Below are positions 1 to 10,437 of a DNA stretch of 64,000 nucleotides, one piece after another (position 1 is the first letter of the stretch; the number at the start of each line of letters is the position of its first letter). The position numbers and the translations under genes are program-made. A model generated the notes under the pieces. That model was not told the origin of the DNA and ran no database searches. It saw only the letters and a program-made list of their open reading frames with translations. Source of the DNA: Rebecca billardiae RCC1528. Taxonomy: Eukaryota; Protista; Haptophyta. The DNA lies in NCBI GenBank assembly GCA_965240325.2, contig OZ251225.1:3224001-3288000 (forward strand). Direction: 5' to 3'.

Positions 1-6
1 GTGCGC

Positions 7-921
7 ATGAGTGCCGTGCGGCGCGTGGCGCCGCGGCTGCTGGTGGGCGACCCGTCCGTCGCGTGGGACGAGCGCACGCTCAAGGCCCTCGGCGTCACCC
101 ACATTGTCACCGTCGGCGAGCCATCCGAGCTGGGCGCACTCACGACGCACGCGCGGCCGGTGCGGGCGGGCGACCCGCGCGTCGCGCCCGCCCTCGCCGT
201 GCTCGGCCTCGGCGGCCTCGCGCCCGACGAGACGGTGGACGCGGCCGCCGCACGCGCCGCGTACCTCCGCGCGGCTCGCGAGCTGCACCCCGACGCACTG
301 CCCGCCGGCGCGCCCGACGAGACGCGCCGCCGCGCCGAGGAGCGCTTCTCGCACGCGCGCGAGGCGTATGCGCAGCTGTGCGACGCAGGCCGCGCGGAGG
401 CGGTGGAGCTGCCGCGCTTCGGTGAGTTTGCGTACCACGTGTGCCCGCTCGGCGCCGGGGCGGGCGAGGAGAGCGCGGTGGGCGGCGACGAGGGCGGCGC
501 GCGCGCGCTCACGGTCCGCGCGCTCGGCGAGGCCAGCGCCTTTATCCACGCGGCGCGCACCGCGCCCCTCGCCACTGTTGTGCTCGTGCACGCGGCGGCG
601 GGCTGGGGCCGCGCCGCAGCCGTCGCCGCCGCGTACGCGCTCACGGCGCTGGGTCGGCCGTTGGGGGAGGCGCTTGCGCTCTGCGCGCCGCCAGCCACGG
701 CCAATGTCGTCAGCGCGGGCTCGGAGGACGACGGCCCGGTGGCTCTCCCGCCCCGCGTGCGCGCCGCCCTTGTCGAGCTCGAGCGCGCCGTGAAGCAGCA
801 CAGCCGACGCGTGCACGTGCACGTGGAGCCCGGCGCGCGCGTCGCCGACACCGCAGACTCCCGCTCGGCGTCGGGCTCGACGCAGGCAGGCGAGGAGGGG
901 GTCACGTTCGGCCTCAACTGA
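7..921 (+). CDS. Dual-specificity phosphatase-fold protein (probable pseudophosphatase) with an inserted DnaJ J-domain
   Basis: DSP motifs VAPRLLVGD, LKALGVTHIVTV, FIHAAR..VLVHAAAGWGRA (Cys replaced by Ala). J-domain AARAAYLRAARELHPD...AEERFSHAREAYAQLCD. ATG at 7; the gene may extend upstream of the window. Confidence 0.75.
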   Translation: MSAVRRVAPRLLVGDPSVAWDERTLKALGVTHIVTVGEPSELGALTTHARPVRAGDPRVAPALAVLGLGGLAPDETVDAAAARAAYLRAARELHPDALPAGAPDETRRRAEERFSHAREAYAQLCDAGRAEAVELPRFGEFAYHVCPLGAGAGEESAVGGDEGGARALTVRALGEASAFIHAARTAPLATVVLVHAAAGWGRAAAVAAAYALTALGRPLGEALALCAPPATANVVSAGSEDDGPVALPPRVRAALVELERAVKQHSRRVHVHVEPGARVADTADSRSASGSTQAGEEGVTFGLN

Positions 922-1269
922 TTCCTCAGACGATGCGGCGTAGCTTGCTGCTGAGCATGCGCGACCGACGAGTAGCACCGCGTCGTCGTCGGAGGCGCCG
1001 ATCTCGGATCGGATCGTCTGTCAACGAGGCCCACGGCCGGGTTCTGCGAGACCGGCGGCGAGCAATAAATGATGACAGAAATGTGTCGTCTGCTGAGTGA
1101 TGAAAGTCTGCACGACGAGTGAATCATAAGTGTATTGAGTGTACTTCGCCCATCTGGCATCAACGTCGCCGGTGTCGGTGAGTAAGTATTATATAATAAT
1201 AAGCAGAATAATAATAGCTAATAATAATACAAGCTATATATATACATATACATACATACATACATACTA

Positions 1270-3121
1270 CAGTGGGCTGGTCCCACTGGCGGAGCAGAAA
1301 TTCAAAACTATCTGACGATCGGCGCGGTCTCAGCGACTCGGAACAAACGGGGTGCGACAGACTAGCGCCGGCGGGGTATGCGCCGGCGTCTGAGCTCACC
1401 AGCGCGACTTCAGCAAAGCGCGCGGACGAAAATCAGCTCTCCGGGAGGGCCCCTGGCCTGCGCGGGGTCGCGGTCGCGGCGCCGGGCGCGGGGATGCTGT
1501 CAGCTTCCGAGCCCGTACAGCTCGTCGCGCGCGCTCGGGGTGCGCGAGGCGACGCGGTACGACGGTGGCGTGGACCACCACCTCACGCCTCGCTGCGTCG
1601 TCAGCGTGTACAGCCCACCGCTGCCACTAGCGCCAATGTGAATGGCACTGCTCGGAACACAGCTCGATGCGTCGCGCGTTGTCGTTTGCGTCGACTCGTC
1701 GCTCGGCCGGAGGTGCAGCTGACGCGCTTGCCGAAGCAGCACCGCAGACCCCGCTCGATGGTGTGCGCGGCGTGAAGTTCGCACCGAACGTCTTCTTGTG
1801 GCGAGATGCGCACCGCCCGCCGCAGCGCCCGCCGCTGCCGAGCCGGCCGCCGCTGCGGCCGCCGCGCCGGCTGCCGCCGCCGCGACCGCCGTCGCTGCGC
1901 CATCAGCCGGCCCGGTGCTGCCGCACTCGCCGGGCGACCCCTCGAAGATGCGCGCAGCGTGACGTGCGCGGCGAGTAACTCCTCGTCGCGAGATGCGCTC
2001 CACCCGCCGTCGCGCCGGCCGCCGCGGCGTCCGCCGCCGCGGCGTCTGCCACCGCGCCGCCCCGGCTACAGTGCCGCGCCAGCGCGGCAGGCGCAGCGCC
2101 CGACCGCTGCGGCGCCCGCCCGGCTGTCACGCCCGCATTCAGCAGGCCCGGTGCTGCCGCGCTCGCCGGGCGACGAATCGATATCGCGCGCGGCGTGACG
2201 TGCGCGCCGAGTGACTCCTCGTCGCGAGATGCGCTCTGCCAGCAGCCGCGCCCGCCACCGCTGCTGCACTCGCCCCCGCGCCCCGGGATGCCACCGCGCC
2301 CGCGCCCGACCGTCACGCCCGCCGTCAGCAGGCCCGATGCTGCCACGCTGGCCGGGCGCCGCGGTGGTCGCGGCGTTTGATGCCGTCGCAGACGGCGTGC
2401 GAAGCGCGGCGTCGGTACCCGCCCACCCTGCACGATGTTGCCGCGCTGCAACCTCAGCTTGATCGCTGACTCCACGCTGAGAGCTCGCGAAGAGACAGCC
2501 CACCCGCACAGTGGCAGTCTTCGCCCAGGAGCGCCGTATGCGTAGCGGTGGGTGCGGAACGTGGCGCTCGACTTCTCCTCGGCGTCCGAGTCCTGCATCT
2601 GCTCCTGCACCAGCCCCTCCCATTCTGCGCGCGGGCGCGGAGTCGGTGGCCGCGCCGCACGATGTCGACGCGAGGGGCGCCGCAGCAGATGTCAGGTATG
2701 GTGACCGCGCTTCCGGCGGGCGTTTTCAAGCGGAACTTCTGGAACGCGTTGCTCATTGAAACTCGTGCGGAACCACCGTGCCCGATTTTGCACCCCGCGG
2801 ACGCACGGTCGGCGCGCCGCGCGAGCGCGCACCAGCGCGGGCACCCGGCTTGTGCCTCTGGTCGTGGAGCCAGTCGCCACGATTCGGCGGCGCCTTGAGC
2901 TTGCGCGCGTCCGCAATCGCCCAGGTTCGCCTCACAACTCGTGGTGCTCACTTCCCCGCCGGCTCACGCGGCGGACTTGCATTCGCCTCGCGCCACAGCG
3001 CCCGCGCCTCCTCGTGGGGGCGGCTTCGAAGCCGCCGCCGCCGTCCGCCGCGCAACCGCCGAAGCTTCGCCAAAACTCCGGTCCGTTGTTTTGCAGGTCC
3101 CCCAGTGAGACCCGCCCACTG
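1270..3121. mobile_element. Non-autonomous TIR DNA element flanked by TA, inserted in a (TACA)n/(TA)n tract
   Basis: Left end CAGTGGGCTGGTCCCACTGGCGGA (1270) vs reverse complement of right end CAGTGGGCGGGTCTCACTGGGGGA (3121): 21/24 match. TA at 1268-1269 and 3122-3123. No recognisable transposase. Confidence 0.7.
1770..2330. repeat. Three imperfect ~190-240 bp internal repeats within the TIR element
   Basis: GCGTGACGTGCGCG.CGAGT.ACTCCTCGTCGCGAGATGCGCTC at 1957 and 2193; diverged copy at 1770. Confidence 0.7.
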
Positions 3122-3123
3122 TA

Positions 3124-3385
<262 letters not shown>

Positions 3386-3803
3386 GTTACAAGCTGACCC
3401 CGCGGCGCGATCGATCGTCGGATCGACGATCGACGACGTGACCAGCCTGCGCCCTTGAGGCTTGACTCTGAGCAGACTGACCAGCGAAGTCCTACGGTGA
3501 GCAAGTACTATAGTAGTGAGGCAGCAGTATGACAGTATCACATCAGCACTTTTTTGCAATCAGTTCAGATGTCAGCGCTGCTATTCTAATTCGGCACCAC
3601 TGTCCACTAACCTACTGCTCACCAGCTCAGAGTCAGTACAGTAGTCACTCAATCCTCGGGCCAACTGACTTGCTAATAACTGACAGTCTGACTCTGACTC
3701 TCCACAGTCCACTCGCGGAGTGTCCGGCGAGTGAGACTGTGACCGCGTCCGACTCGTTCAGAGTCTGTGTAGATAGACTGTGAGTCAGACTGAAGCCTCA
3801 CTG

Positions 3804-5050
3804 CAAGGGTGGAGCGGGATAGCTCTATGCCTGGAATACGGACCCATAAGGAATCAAGATGACGACTTGAATAAATCAAGCGCGGCGCGCAGCGCCGCGG
3901 GCCGTGGCGAGCGGTGCGCGGCGCCGCGGCGGCCGCGGGCCCGGCCGCAGGCGCCGCACCGCCCGCGCCGCGCGCCGCGGCCGGCGCGGCCCCGACGGCC
4001 GGCGCTGCGCCGCTGGACGACTAGTCATCGTCAGACGTCAGTGGCTCAGTCGTCGTCAGGACGAGCAAGAAAGTACGCCTTGTGCGCAGCCTCCCTCAGC
4101 CGCGACAGCACCTGCTGCCGCTGGGACGCACCGCCGCTGTCGCGAGCTGCGCACTGGGCTTCGGATCTGCTTGCTTGATGCTGCGGTGTCCACCGCAGCG
4201 TACCACTGCCGTACGTACCTCGAGAGGTCAAGTTGGTGCAGCTGCGGGAGGTTGAAAGACAGCCACACGAGCATGGCCAAGGTTCCGTCGGCAAGCGATG
4301 CTCGCTGGGTCGTCTTCGTCAGCGTCATATTGTCCGACTCTTGCTAAGTGAGAGTGCGCACGAGCTGCACAGGCGGTGGTGATCAACAGCAGCGGCGATG
4401 CGCGCACGAATATCCGATAGCGATCATGTAGTCCCTTGGACTCTCGAGACAGTGTCATCGCAGCGGAGGCGCTCTGACCTGGTCAAGCCGCCCGCGCTCA
4501 TTGCGAATGCTCGCGTTCCAGCAAGCGGAAAGGCTCATCGAAGACGAGGCTTTGCTGCTCGAGCACGCAAAGAGTGACTTGCTCCGAGAACTTGACAACC
4601 GGACGGGCGGTGGAGCCACTCTCGACTACTCACCAAGAGCATTCCTCAGGACCGCAACCACATCTGGTCGAACACCATCTGCTCACATGTCGTTGGGCAG
4701 CGTGCACGTGGAGTGGAATTGCACCCGGTCAGACACGTGATCGCTCATGCAGTCGGCAAGCAGCGGCAAGGAGCCGGGGTTGCGGGCCACCAAGGTGTCC
4801 CAAGGGTCTGAGCATACCCACAGACGACATTTGAGGCCACCTGCGCCGCCACAACCGCACCGCCAGTGCGTGGATTCCCGGCCTACGCTCGCTGTGGACC
4901 ACGCCGCCGCCGGCCAGGCAGCCATGCTGACAAATAAGAGGACGGGTGGGCGCCCAGCCACGTCTTGATTTTCTGGCGGTGGGCTCGACAACTTGATTTT
5001 TCCTGCATCTGCAGGCGTAATACGCTCGATCAAACCCGATTCCAGCCTTG
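3804..5050 (-). mobile_element. Decayed hAT-family transposon remnant (C-terminal dimerisation-domain fragment)
   Basis: Minus-strand fragments LLLITTACAARAHS and MTLTKTTQRASLADGTLAMLVWLSFNLPQLHQLDLSRYVRQW (~4200-4400, frameshifted) resemble the hAT dimerisation consensus. Degenerate ends CAAGGGTGGA (3804) and TCCAGCCTTG (5050), subterminal AATCAAG motifs, and AGCCTCA on both flanks. Confidence 0.5.
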
Positions 5051-5329
5051 AGCCTCAGTCTCAGACTCTGATTACTGAGTCAGACTCAGTCGGCAGGCTC
5101 ACTCGGCGAGGGAGTCGATCGTCTCACTGTCTGCATGCACAGACCGACCAGACACGTCTAGACATAGTATAAGACAGCACACTGACACGACTACTGCCGA
5201 CTGAGCTAACAGTCCGAGATTGTCAGTACGGCTCGGTCTGAACTCAGACTGAAGTAGAAGTCGTATTATTCTACTCTCTAGTAGTAGTACTCGTAGTATA
5301 CTGATGATGATGTCGTCGATCGTCATTGA

Positions 5330-5332
<3 letters not shown>

Positions 5333-5380
<48 letters not shown>
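5333..5380. repeat. (TA)n microsatellite
   Basis: Directly visible. Confidence 0.97.
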
Positions 5381-5382
<2 letters not shown>

Positions 5383-5713
5383 TCTGACACAGTAATAATT
5401 AATAATATTATAATCGTCCGCCAATCGTCGACATATTAAATATTCTGCTCAATTTAATAATACTATGTCCGTATGAATGATACTCATAGTAACACTGCCG
5501 TCACGTCGAGTCAGTCAGGCGGGTATCCGCTGACGGTGATCGACGACAGACGCTAGACGGTGCACTTTCGACGCCAACGGTGTCGTCACTGTCAGTCACT
5601 ACCGTAGTCAGTCAGCATGTACGGACGTGGTACTCGGCGCCGCTGCTGAGTGCTGGAGCCCGGACCATACCACCCTCCCGAGCCGGCGCGAATGCCACCA
5701 CCGGTACGCTTGG

Positions 5714-6502
5714 TCAGAAAACGAACGGGACCAGCGCTTTGCGCTCAGCTGGGAAGTTGTCGAACTTTGAGCGGTACCACTCCCGTGTCGCATAAGAGCG
5801 ACCGCTCAGGTAGTTGACCATGCTCGCAAAGTTGAGGAGCGCAAACAGCGAGTGCGATGAGAGGGCGACGCCGAGCCACGCCACGAGCTCGAAGAGATAG
5901 TGAGGGCACGCCACGAGCTTGAACAGCCCGCTGTTTGGGACGACGTACGCTGAGGCGGCCTTGCGCCCGCCGGAGCGCAGCGACGCAAGCAGCCAGTGAT
6001 GGAAGCCATTGCCTGCCGAGCCGAGGAGGAAGAGCACTGCGCCCGCTGCTGCCACGCTCCCCAGCTCGATCTCCTTCGGTGTGTAGTGGACGATGCCGAG
6101 CGCGGCGAGCCCGTAAAAGACGGAAATGGCACAGGACGTACCGAGGTCAAGGTTGCCCGAGTAGCGATGCACGAGCATGACTTCCAGCTCGCGCTTGAGG
6201 TAGTGAAGCACGAGCATCGTCGCGACGAGGAGCGCGCGTGGCCGAGGATCCTCCGCTCGCGTGGCGGCGATCAGAGCAAACAGGCTGACGAGTAGGCCAA
6301 GTGCGTAGATGATAAGCATCCCTCGCCGCGAAGGAATGCCCGGCATTCCAGCGGCGAACTTTGAGTACTTGGCGTTGCTCTTCATCGAGAACTCACCGAG
6401 GCCGGACGTGAGCGCGCCCAGCACCTGCACGCCAATCACGCCGAGGTTGACAGGGGTCGGAGGCGGGATGAAGCCCGACGCGGTGAGAGCTGAAAGCACC
6501 AT
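5714..6502 (-). CDS. 3-oxo-5-alpha-steroid 4-dehydrogenase / very-long-chain enoyl-CoA reductase family membrane protein
   Basis: HYLKRELEVMLVHRYS, NGFHHWLLASLR, GLFKLVACPHYLFELVAW, WYRSKFDNFPAERKALVPFVF. First ATG at 6502. Confidence 0.9.
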   Translation of the reverse strand: MVLSALTASGFIPPPTPVNLGVIGVQVLGALTSGLGEFSMKSNAKYSKFAAGMPGIPSRRGMLIIYALGLLVSLFALIAATRAEDPRPRALLVATMLVLHYLKRELEVMLVHRYSGNLDLGTSCAISVFYGLAALGIVHYTPKEIELGSVAAAGAVLFLLGSAGNGFHHWLLASLRSGGRKAASAYVVPNSGLFKLVACPHYLFELVAWLGVALSSHSLFALLNFASMVNYLSGRSYATREWYRSKFDNFPAERKALVPFVF

Positions 6503-6676
6503 GGCTGGCCCGGGCGTGCGGGGCTGCCGAGTCCAGGCGAGGCGCGCTGCGAGATGCCGACGACGCGATAGACGCACGCAGCCAGTCTTGGAAGACGCTG
6601 AGAATTCGATTCTGCGTTAATTAGCTTATTCTCAGCTGGAAAAAATGGCGGCGCCGTCGGCGCGACACGTGAACTC

Positions 6677-8152
6677 ATGGCTGCCAATGTCGATGCCCGG
6701 GGCCAAGCACTCCGGCCGCTCGTCGGGTTGCTTCTCGTTGCGACGCCTGTTTTCGCGCCGTACTGCCCAAACGCGGCGAACGCACCTGCAGACGCTGCCG
6801 AGCGGCTGCGAGCTCACCACACGGAGCTGCGCAGCCGATGTGGCTTCCGGCCGCTCAACGGCGCGCCTGCAACCTCGGGCGGGATGCCGCCGCGCGATTT
6901 ACGCCTGGCCTCTGCGTGGACGACGCCCGTGCTGCCGCACTACGAGAACGACGACTGGCCGAAGCCCGCGCACTGCAAGACGGTGGACCGACACCTCCCG
7001 GCATCGACGTGTGATGTCCCCACGCGCTTCCTCACAACGCCACCTCGCGGGCAGGGCGAACCTCCTGGGCAGCCACTCGTCGTCCAGCTCGTATGGAAGA
7101 CGGGGATCACGACTCTGAAGCACTTTTGGCGGTGCGCGTTCGACCAAAAGCGCCACACTTCCTCTGCCGACTTTGTCCCCGAGTCGCAGCTTGGTGAAGC
7201 CACCGTACGCGTCGGCATGACGCGCGATCCGATCGAGCGGCTGCTGTCCTCGTATGGAGAGATCCTCAAGCGCACGACCGAGGTGGTGCGCGGCGAGCGC
7301 GAGGGGCAGACCTTCCGACTGCCGGACCTGAAACAGATCGAGCGCGTCGTCGCGTCGACAGACCGCGAGCTGATGCAGGCGCACCACGATCGCGGCGTTG
7401 CCTTGCGGCAAAGCACGCCCAAGCAGGAGCGCTGGCGAGCGAAAATCACAGAGTCGGAGCACGCAGCAGCCGCAGCTGGCGCGGCCGTCGAGACGCCGCA
7501 ATCGGCAGCCGCAGACCCCACAGCCGGCGCACGCAACGCTATTCTGCGCGACCCGATCGGCGCCCTGCAGCGGGCCGGTGTCGGTTGGCTTGTGGCGGGC
7601 TGGACAGGCGGCTTGCCGCAGTACGAGCCGGGCGCAAGAGGCACGCCTGCGCTGGTGGCGCGCGGTGAGCTGAACGAGAGCGAGCGCTTCTCGCACTTTG
7701 TCCGCTCGCTGGAGTGCGTCGAGCGCTACGTGAGCTGGCAGCATGCGGCGACAGCGGCGGCGTTCATGAGCGCGGACCATGTCGTTTCGAGCATGCGGGA
7801 AGCTGACCGGCGCGCAGCAGTGCGGTGGGTGCGGGGCGAAGGGCAGTGTGCGCAGCACCAGATGCCAGCGCCGCACGTGACCGAGCTGATTCGACAGGAG
7901 TCCTTCGAGTCGGACCTTCTCCGGGTCGTCCGTCGGACCAACGCGACCATCCCGTCCGATTGCACAGTGGAAGCACGCAACCCGTCAAAACTGCACGAGC
8001 TTCCTGGCTTCCCTTCAAAGAGCACACTGCGCGAGGTGCTTGAGCGCGACCCAGCTCTCATGCGCATCGTGTGCCGCGTGTACTTCCAGGATTTCACGTG
8101 CTTTGGCTACCCGCTGCCCCCGGCGTGCCGAGCACCGAACGCTCTGTGTTGA
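6677..8152 (+). CDS. Carbohydrate sulfotransferase (Sulfotransfer_2-type) with N-terminal signal/anchor
   Basis: 5'-PSB-like VWKTGITT, 3'-PB RDPIERLLSSY, C-terminal CRVYFQDFTCFGYPLP, hydrophobic N-terminus. Confidence 0.75.
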   Translation: MAANVDARGQALRPLVGLLLVATPVFAPYCPNAANAPADAAERLRAHHTELRSRCGFRPLNGAPATSGGMPPRDLRLASAWTTPVLPHYENDDWPKPAHCKTVDRHLPASTCDVPTRFLTTPPRGQGEPPGQPLVVQLVWKTGITTLKHFWRCAFDQKRHTSSADFVPESQLGEATVRVGMTRDPIERLLSSYGEILKRTTEVVRGEREGQTFRLPDLKQIERVVASTDRELMQAHHDRGVALRQSTPKQERWRAKITESEHAAAAAGAAVETPQSAAADPTAGARNAILRDPIGALQRAGVGWLVAGWTGGLPQYEPGARGTPALVARGELNESERFSHFVRSLECVERYVSWQHAATAAAFMSADHVVSSMREADRRAAVRWVRGEGQCAQHQMPAPHVTELIRQESFESDLLRVVRRTNATIPSDCTVEARNPSKLHELPGFPSKSTLREVLERDPALMRIVCRVYFQDFTCFGYPLPPACRAPNALC

Positions 8153-8405
8153 GCCGATGCGTGCGCCCTATACATGCATTATGAAAGCGCTCAGAGTCAG
8201 AGAGTGCTTAATCTAGTGTCAGGCAGAGTTATATTGAGACGAGTATCATAGGCTGTCGCGCGAGTTACGACTAAAATACTAATGTTATACTATTCCGGGA
8301 AATTTTCAATTCTGATGAGTCATCGTGCATATGCGTGACGCGCGATCCGATGATGAGGCGGCGGATTATATTGTCACCAGCCGCCATTCAGATCGACGCG
8401 AAGTC

Positions 8406-10349
8406 TCAGCAGCAGCGTCGACGTCGGCGGAAAACAGCGCACATGAGCGCGATGAGCACGCTCATTTGCAGCGCAGTCGCCATCAACGCGTGCTGGTGAA
8501 ATGGCGAGCCTTCGTGCCAAGTGATCCAGGCATCGCGCGTTGCAGCTTCTGCAAAGCTGTGCGACGCACTGCTGTTGCCGCCGTCGCCGTGTAGGCCGCC
8601 AGAGAATGCTCCAACGCCGGGCGTGTACGGTCGGCCACCGCGGAGACTCAGCTGAACGCGCACGCCGACGGACCGAGCTTGCGCCGCGGCGAGGCTCACA
8701 GCGGCCGGCGTCTTCGCAGAGGACCTCGCTCGACGCTGCACGGCTGTGTCGGCCGCACGGGCGCGAGCCGGCCGCGACGGGCCACCGGCGACGACGGCAG
8801 CGCCTGCCTGCGCGGGGACACCAGCGGGCCCTCGCTCAGCAGGGAGAGCAGCTACCGCTGCTTTCACGTACCGCCTCGCGCCACGAAGCGGGTGCGGGCT
8901 CGAGGCGCTCCAGTAGTAGCCGCGGCTGACGTTCGCTGGCAGGAGATGCACGCACAGCTTGAAGCTGCCTGCACACCCGCTGTGGCATGGGTATGGCTGC
9001 GCCGCTGGGCACACCCTCTCAAGCCCGTCGGCGAAGAGGGCTCGCATGCATAGATCGATGTTCTCCCCAAAGCTCGAGCACAGTGTCTTGAGCGTTGCTT
9101 TGTAGCACAGCTCGAGCGACCCGATGTACTTCTGCGCCGCCCGGCCCCACATGCCCTCGTACGTCTGCCCGGCATCCACGTCGATGGGGAAGAGCTCGCC
9201 CCCGCGCAGCACGATGTTCCACGGGGCCGGGTCCTGGTGCACGGGGAGCGAGAGGAACATCATGACGAGGTGCTGCCGGGGCAGATCCAGCTCCGCCGAC
9301 GAGAGGTACGCCGAGCGCTGCAGCATGACCAGCGTGTGCAGGTTGATCGAGCCTGTCTCGTACGGCAGGACGCGCCCGGAGCGGCTGTTCACCAGCTGAG
9401 GCGCGCCGCGGACGAGCGGCGCGCTGACGTTGGCCTCCGACCAGTTGTGCCGCACGAGCTCGTCCACGTCGGCGCTTGCCGAGTGCGCCACGTACCGAAG
9501 CATGTAGCTCCGCGAGTTATGCGTCTTGCACCTGCCGTAGCAGAAGTGGTGGCGGTTGGTGCGCTGCAGGGCCAGCGTCTCGACCACCCACAGGCTGTGC
9601 GAGCCCGCACAGGCGTGCGGCCGGTCGGCGCCGAGATGCAGTTGTGCGGCGGTGGAGTCAGGCCGTGCCAGGCGTTCAACGCGGACGTCAATGCCAGCGC
9701 GCGCGGCGGAGCCGCGCACTGCCTCCGCCACACCCGCCGCCCGCCGCACCCATTGCTGCACGAGCCGCGCGCCTCGCGAGTGCGGCTCGCAAGTGCCATC
9801 GCCCTCCAGCGGCACATCCGGAAGCACGAGGCACGTGGATCGGCCGAGCGAGAGGAGCTGGCCTATCACGGCGTCAACGAGCTCGACGGTTGCGATGCTC
9901 GAGCCGAGCGCGCCAAATCGCTCCAGCATAGCCGCCTGGTGGTCGAAGAACTCGTTCGAGTGCGCCATCGCCTCAAACACGTCAGCCTCCAGATCGTTGT
10001 GCGCGATGGCAAGGTTGTGCACGCCCCGTAGGAGAGCGTCGGCGTACACCTCGCGACAGGCCTGCGAACTGGGCTCCAGCATAACAACGGTCGCCTGCGT
10101 CTCCACGCTGGCAAGGTCAACAGCAGCCGTTGCGGACGAGCCGCGCGCGACACCATACAACGCCAGCGAGAAGTTGGCCAGCCGCACATGCGTTCGGTCG
10201 AGGTACGCCTGCAGGCCGCGAACGAGCGCCCCTGGGCCATCACCATCTGATGGTGCTGCCATTTCCGCCGCGCTCGCCGCCAAGCACACCGAAAGACATG
10301 CCACTGTAGCCAATAGCTTGGTCGTCACCCCGAGCACGCATCGCCACAT
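8406..10349 (-). CDS. Signal-peptide protein with a C-terminal kinase-like motif and a possible methyltransferase-like N-terminal region
   Basis: Long ORF; signal peptide KLLATVACLSVCLAASAA; HQDPAPWNIVLRGGELFPIDVD resembles a kinase HxDxxxxN...D loop. The 3' end is uncertain. Confidence 0.55.
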   Translation of the reverse strand: MWRCVLGVTTKLLATVACLSVCLAASAAEMAAPSDGDGPGALVRGLQAYLDRTHVRLANFSLALYGVARGSSATAAVDLASVETQATVVMLEPSSQACREVYADALLRGVHNLAIAHNDLEADVFEAMAHSNEFFDHQAAMLERFGALGSSIATVELVDAVIGQLLSLGRSTCLVLPDVPLEGDGTCEPHSRGARLVQQWVRRAAGVAEAVRGSAARAGIDVRVERLARPDSTAAQLHLGADRPHACAGSHSLWVVETLALQRTNRHHFCYGRCKTHNSRSYMLRYVAHSASADVDELVRHNWSEANVSAPLVRGAPQLVNSRSGRVLPYETGSINLHTLVMLQRSAYLSSAELDLPRQHLVMMFLSLPVHQDPAPWNIVLRGGELFPIDVDAGQTYEGMWGRAAQKYIGSLELCYKATLKTLCSSFGENIDLCMRALFADGLERVCPAAQPYPCHSGCAGSFKLCVHLLPANVSRGYYWSASSPHPLRGARRYVKAAVAALPAERGPAGVPAQAGAAVVAGGPSRPARARAADTAVQRRARSSAKTPAAVSLAAAQARSVGVRVQLSLRGGRPYTPGVGAFSGGLHGDGGNSSASHSFAEAATRDAWITWHEGSPFHQHALMATALQMSVLIALMCAVFRRRRRCC

Positions 10350-10437
10350 GCGGCCGCGGCCGCCATTGATCGGCGGCACCTGCGTGAGTCCCGAACTCGT
10401 TGGCCAACCCGCGGCCGGCAGGCGTCATCGGCGCAAG

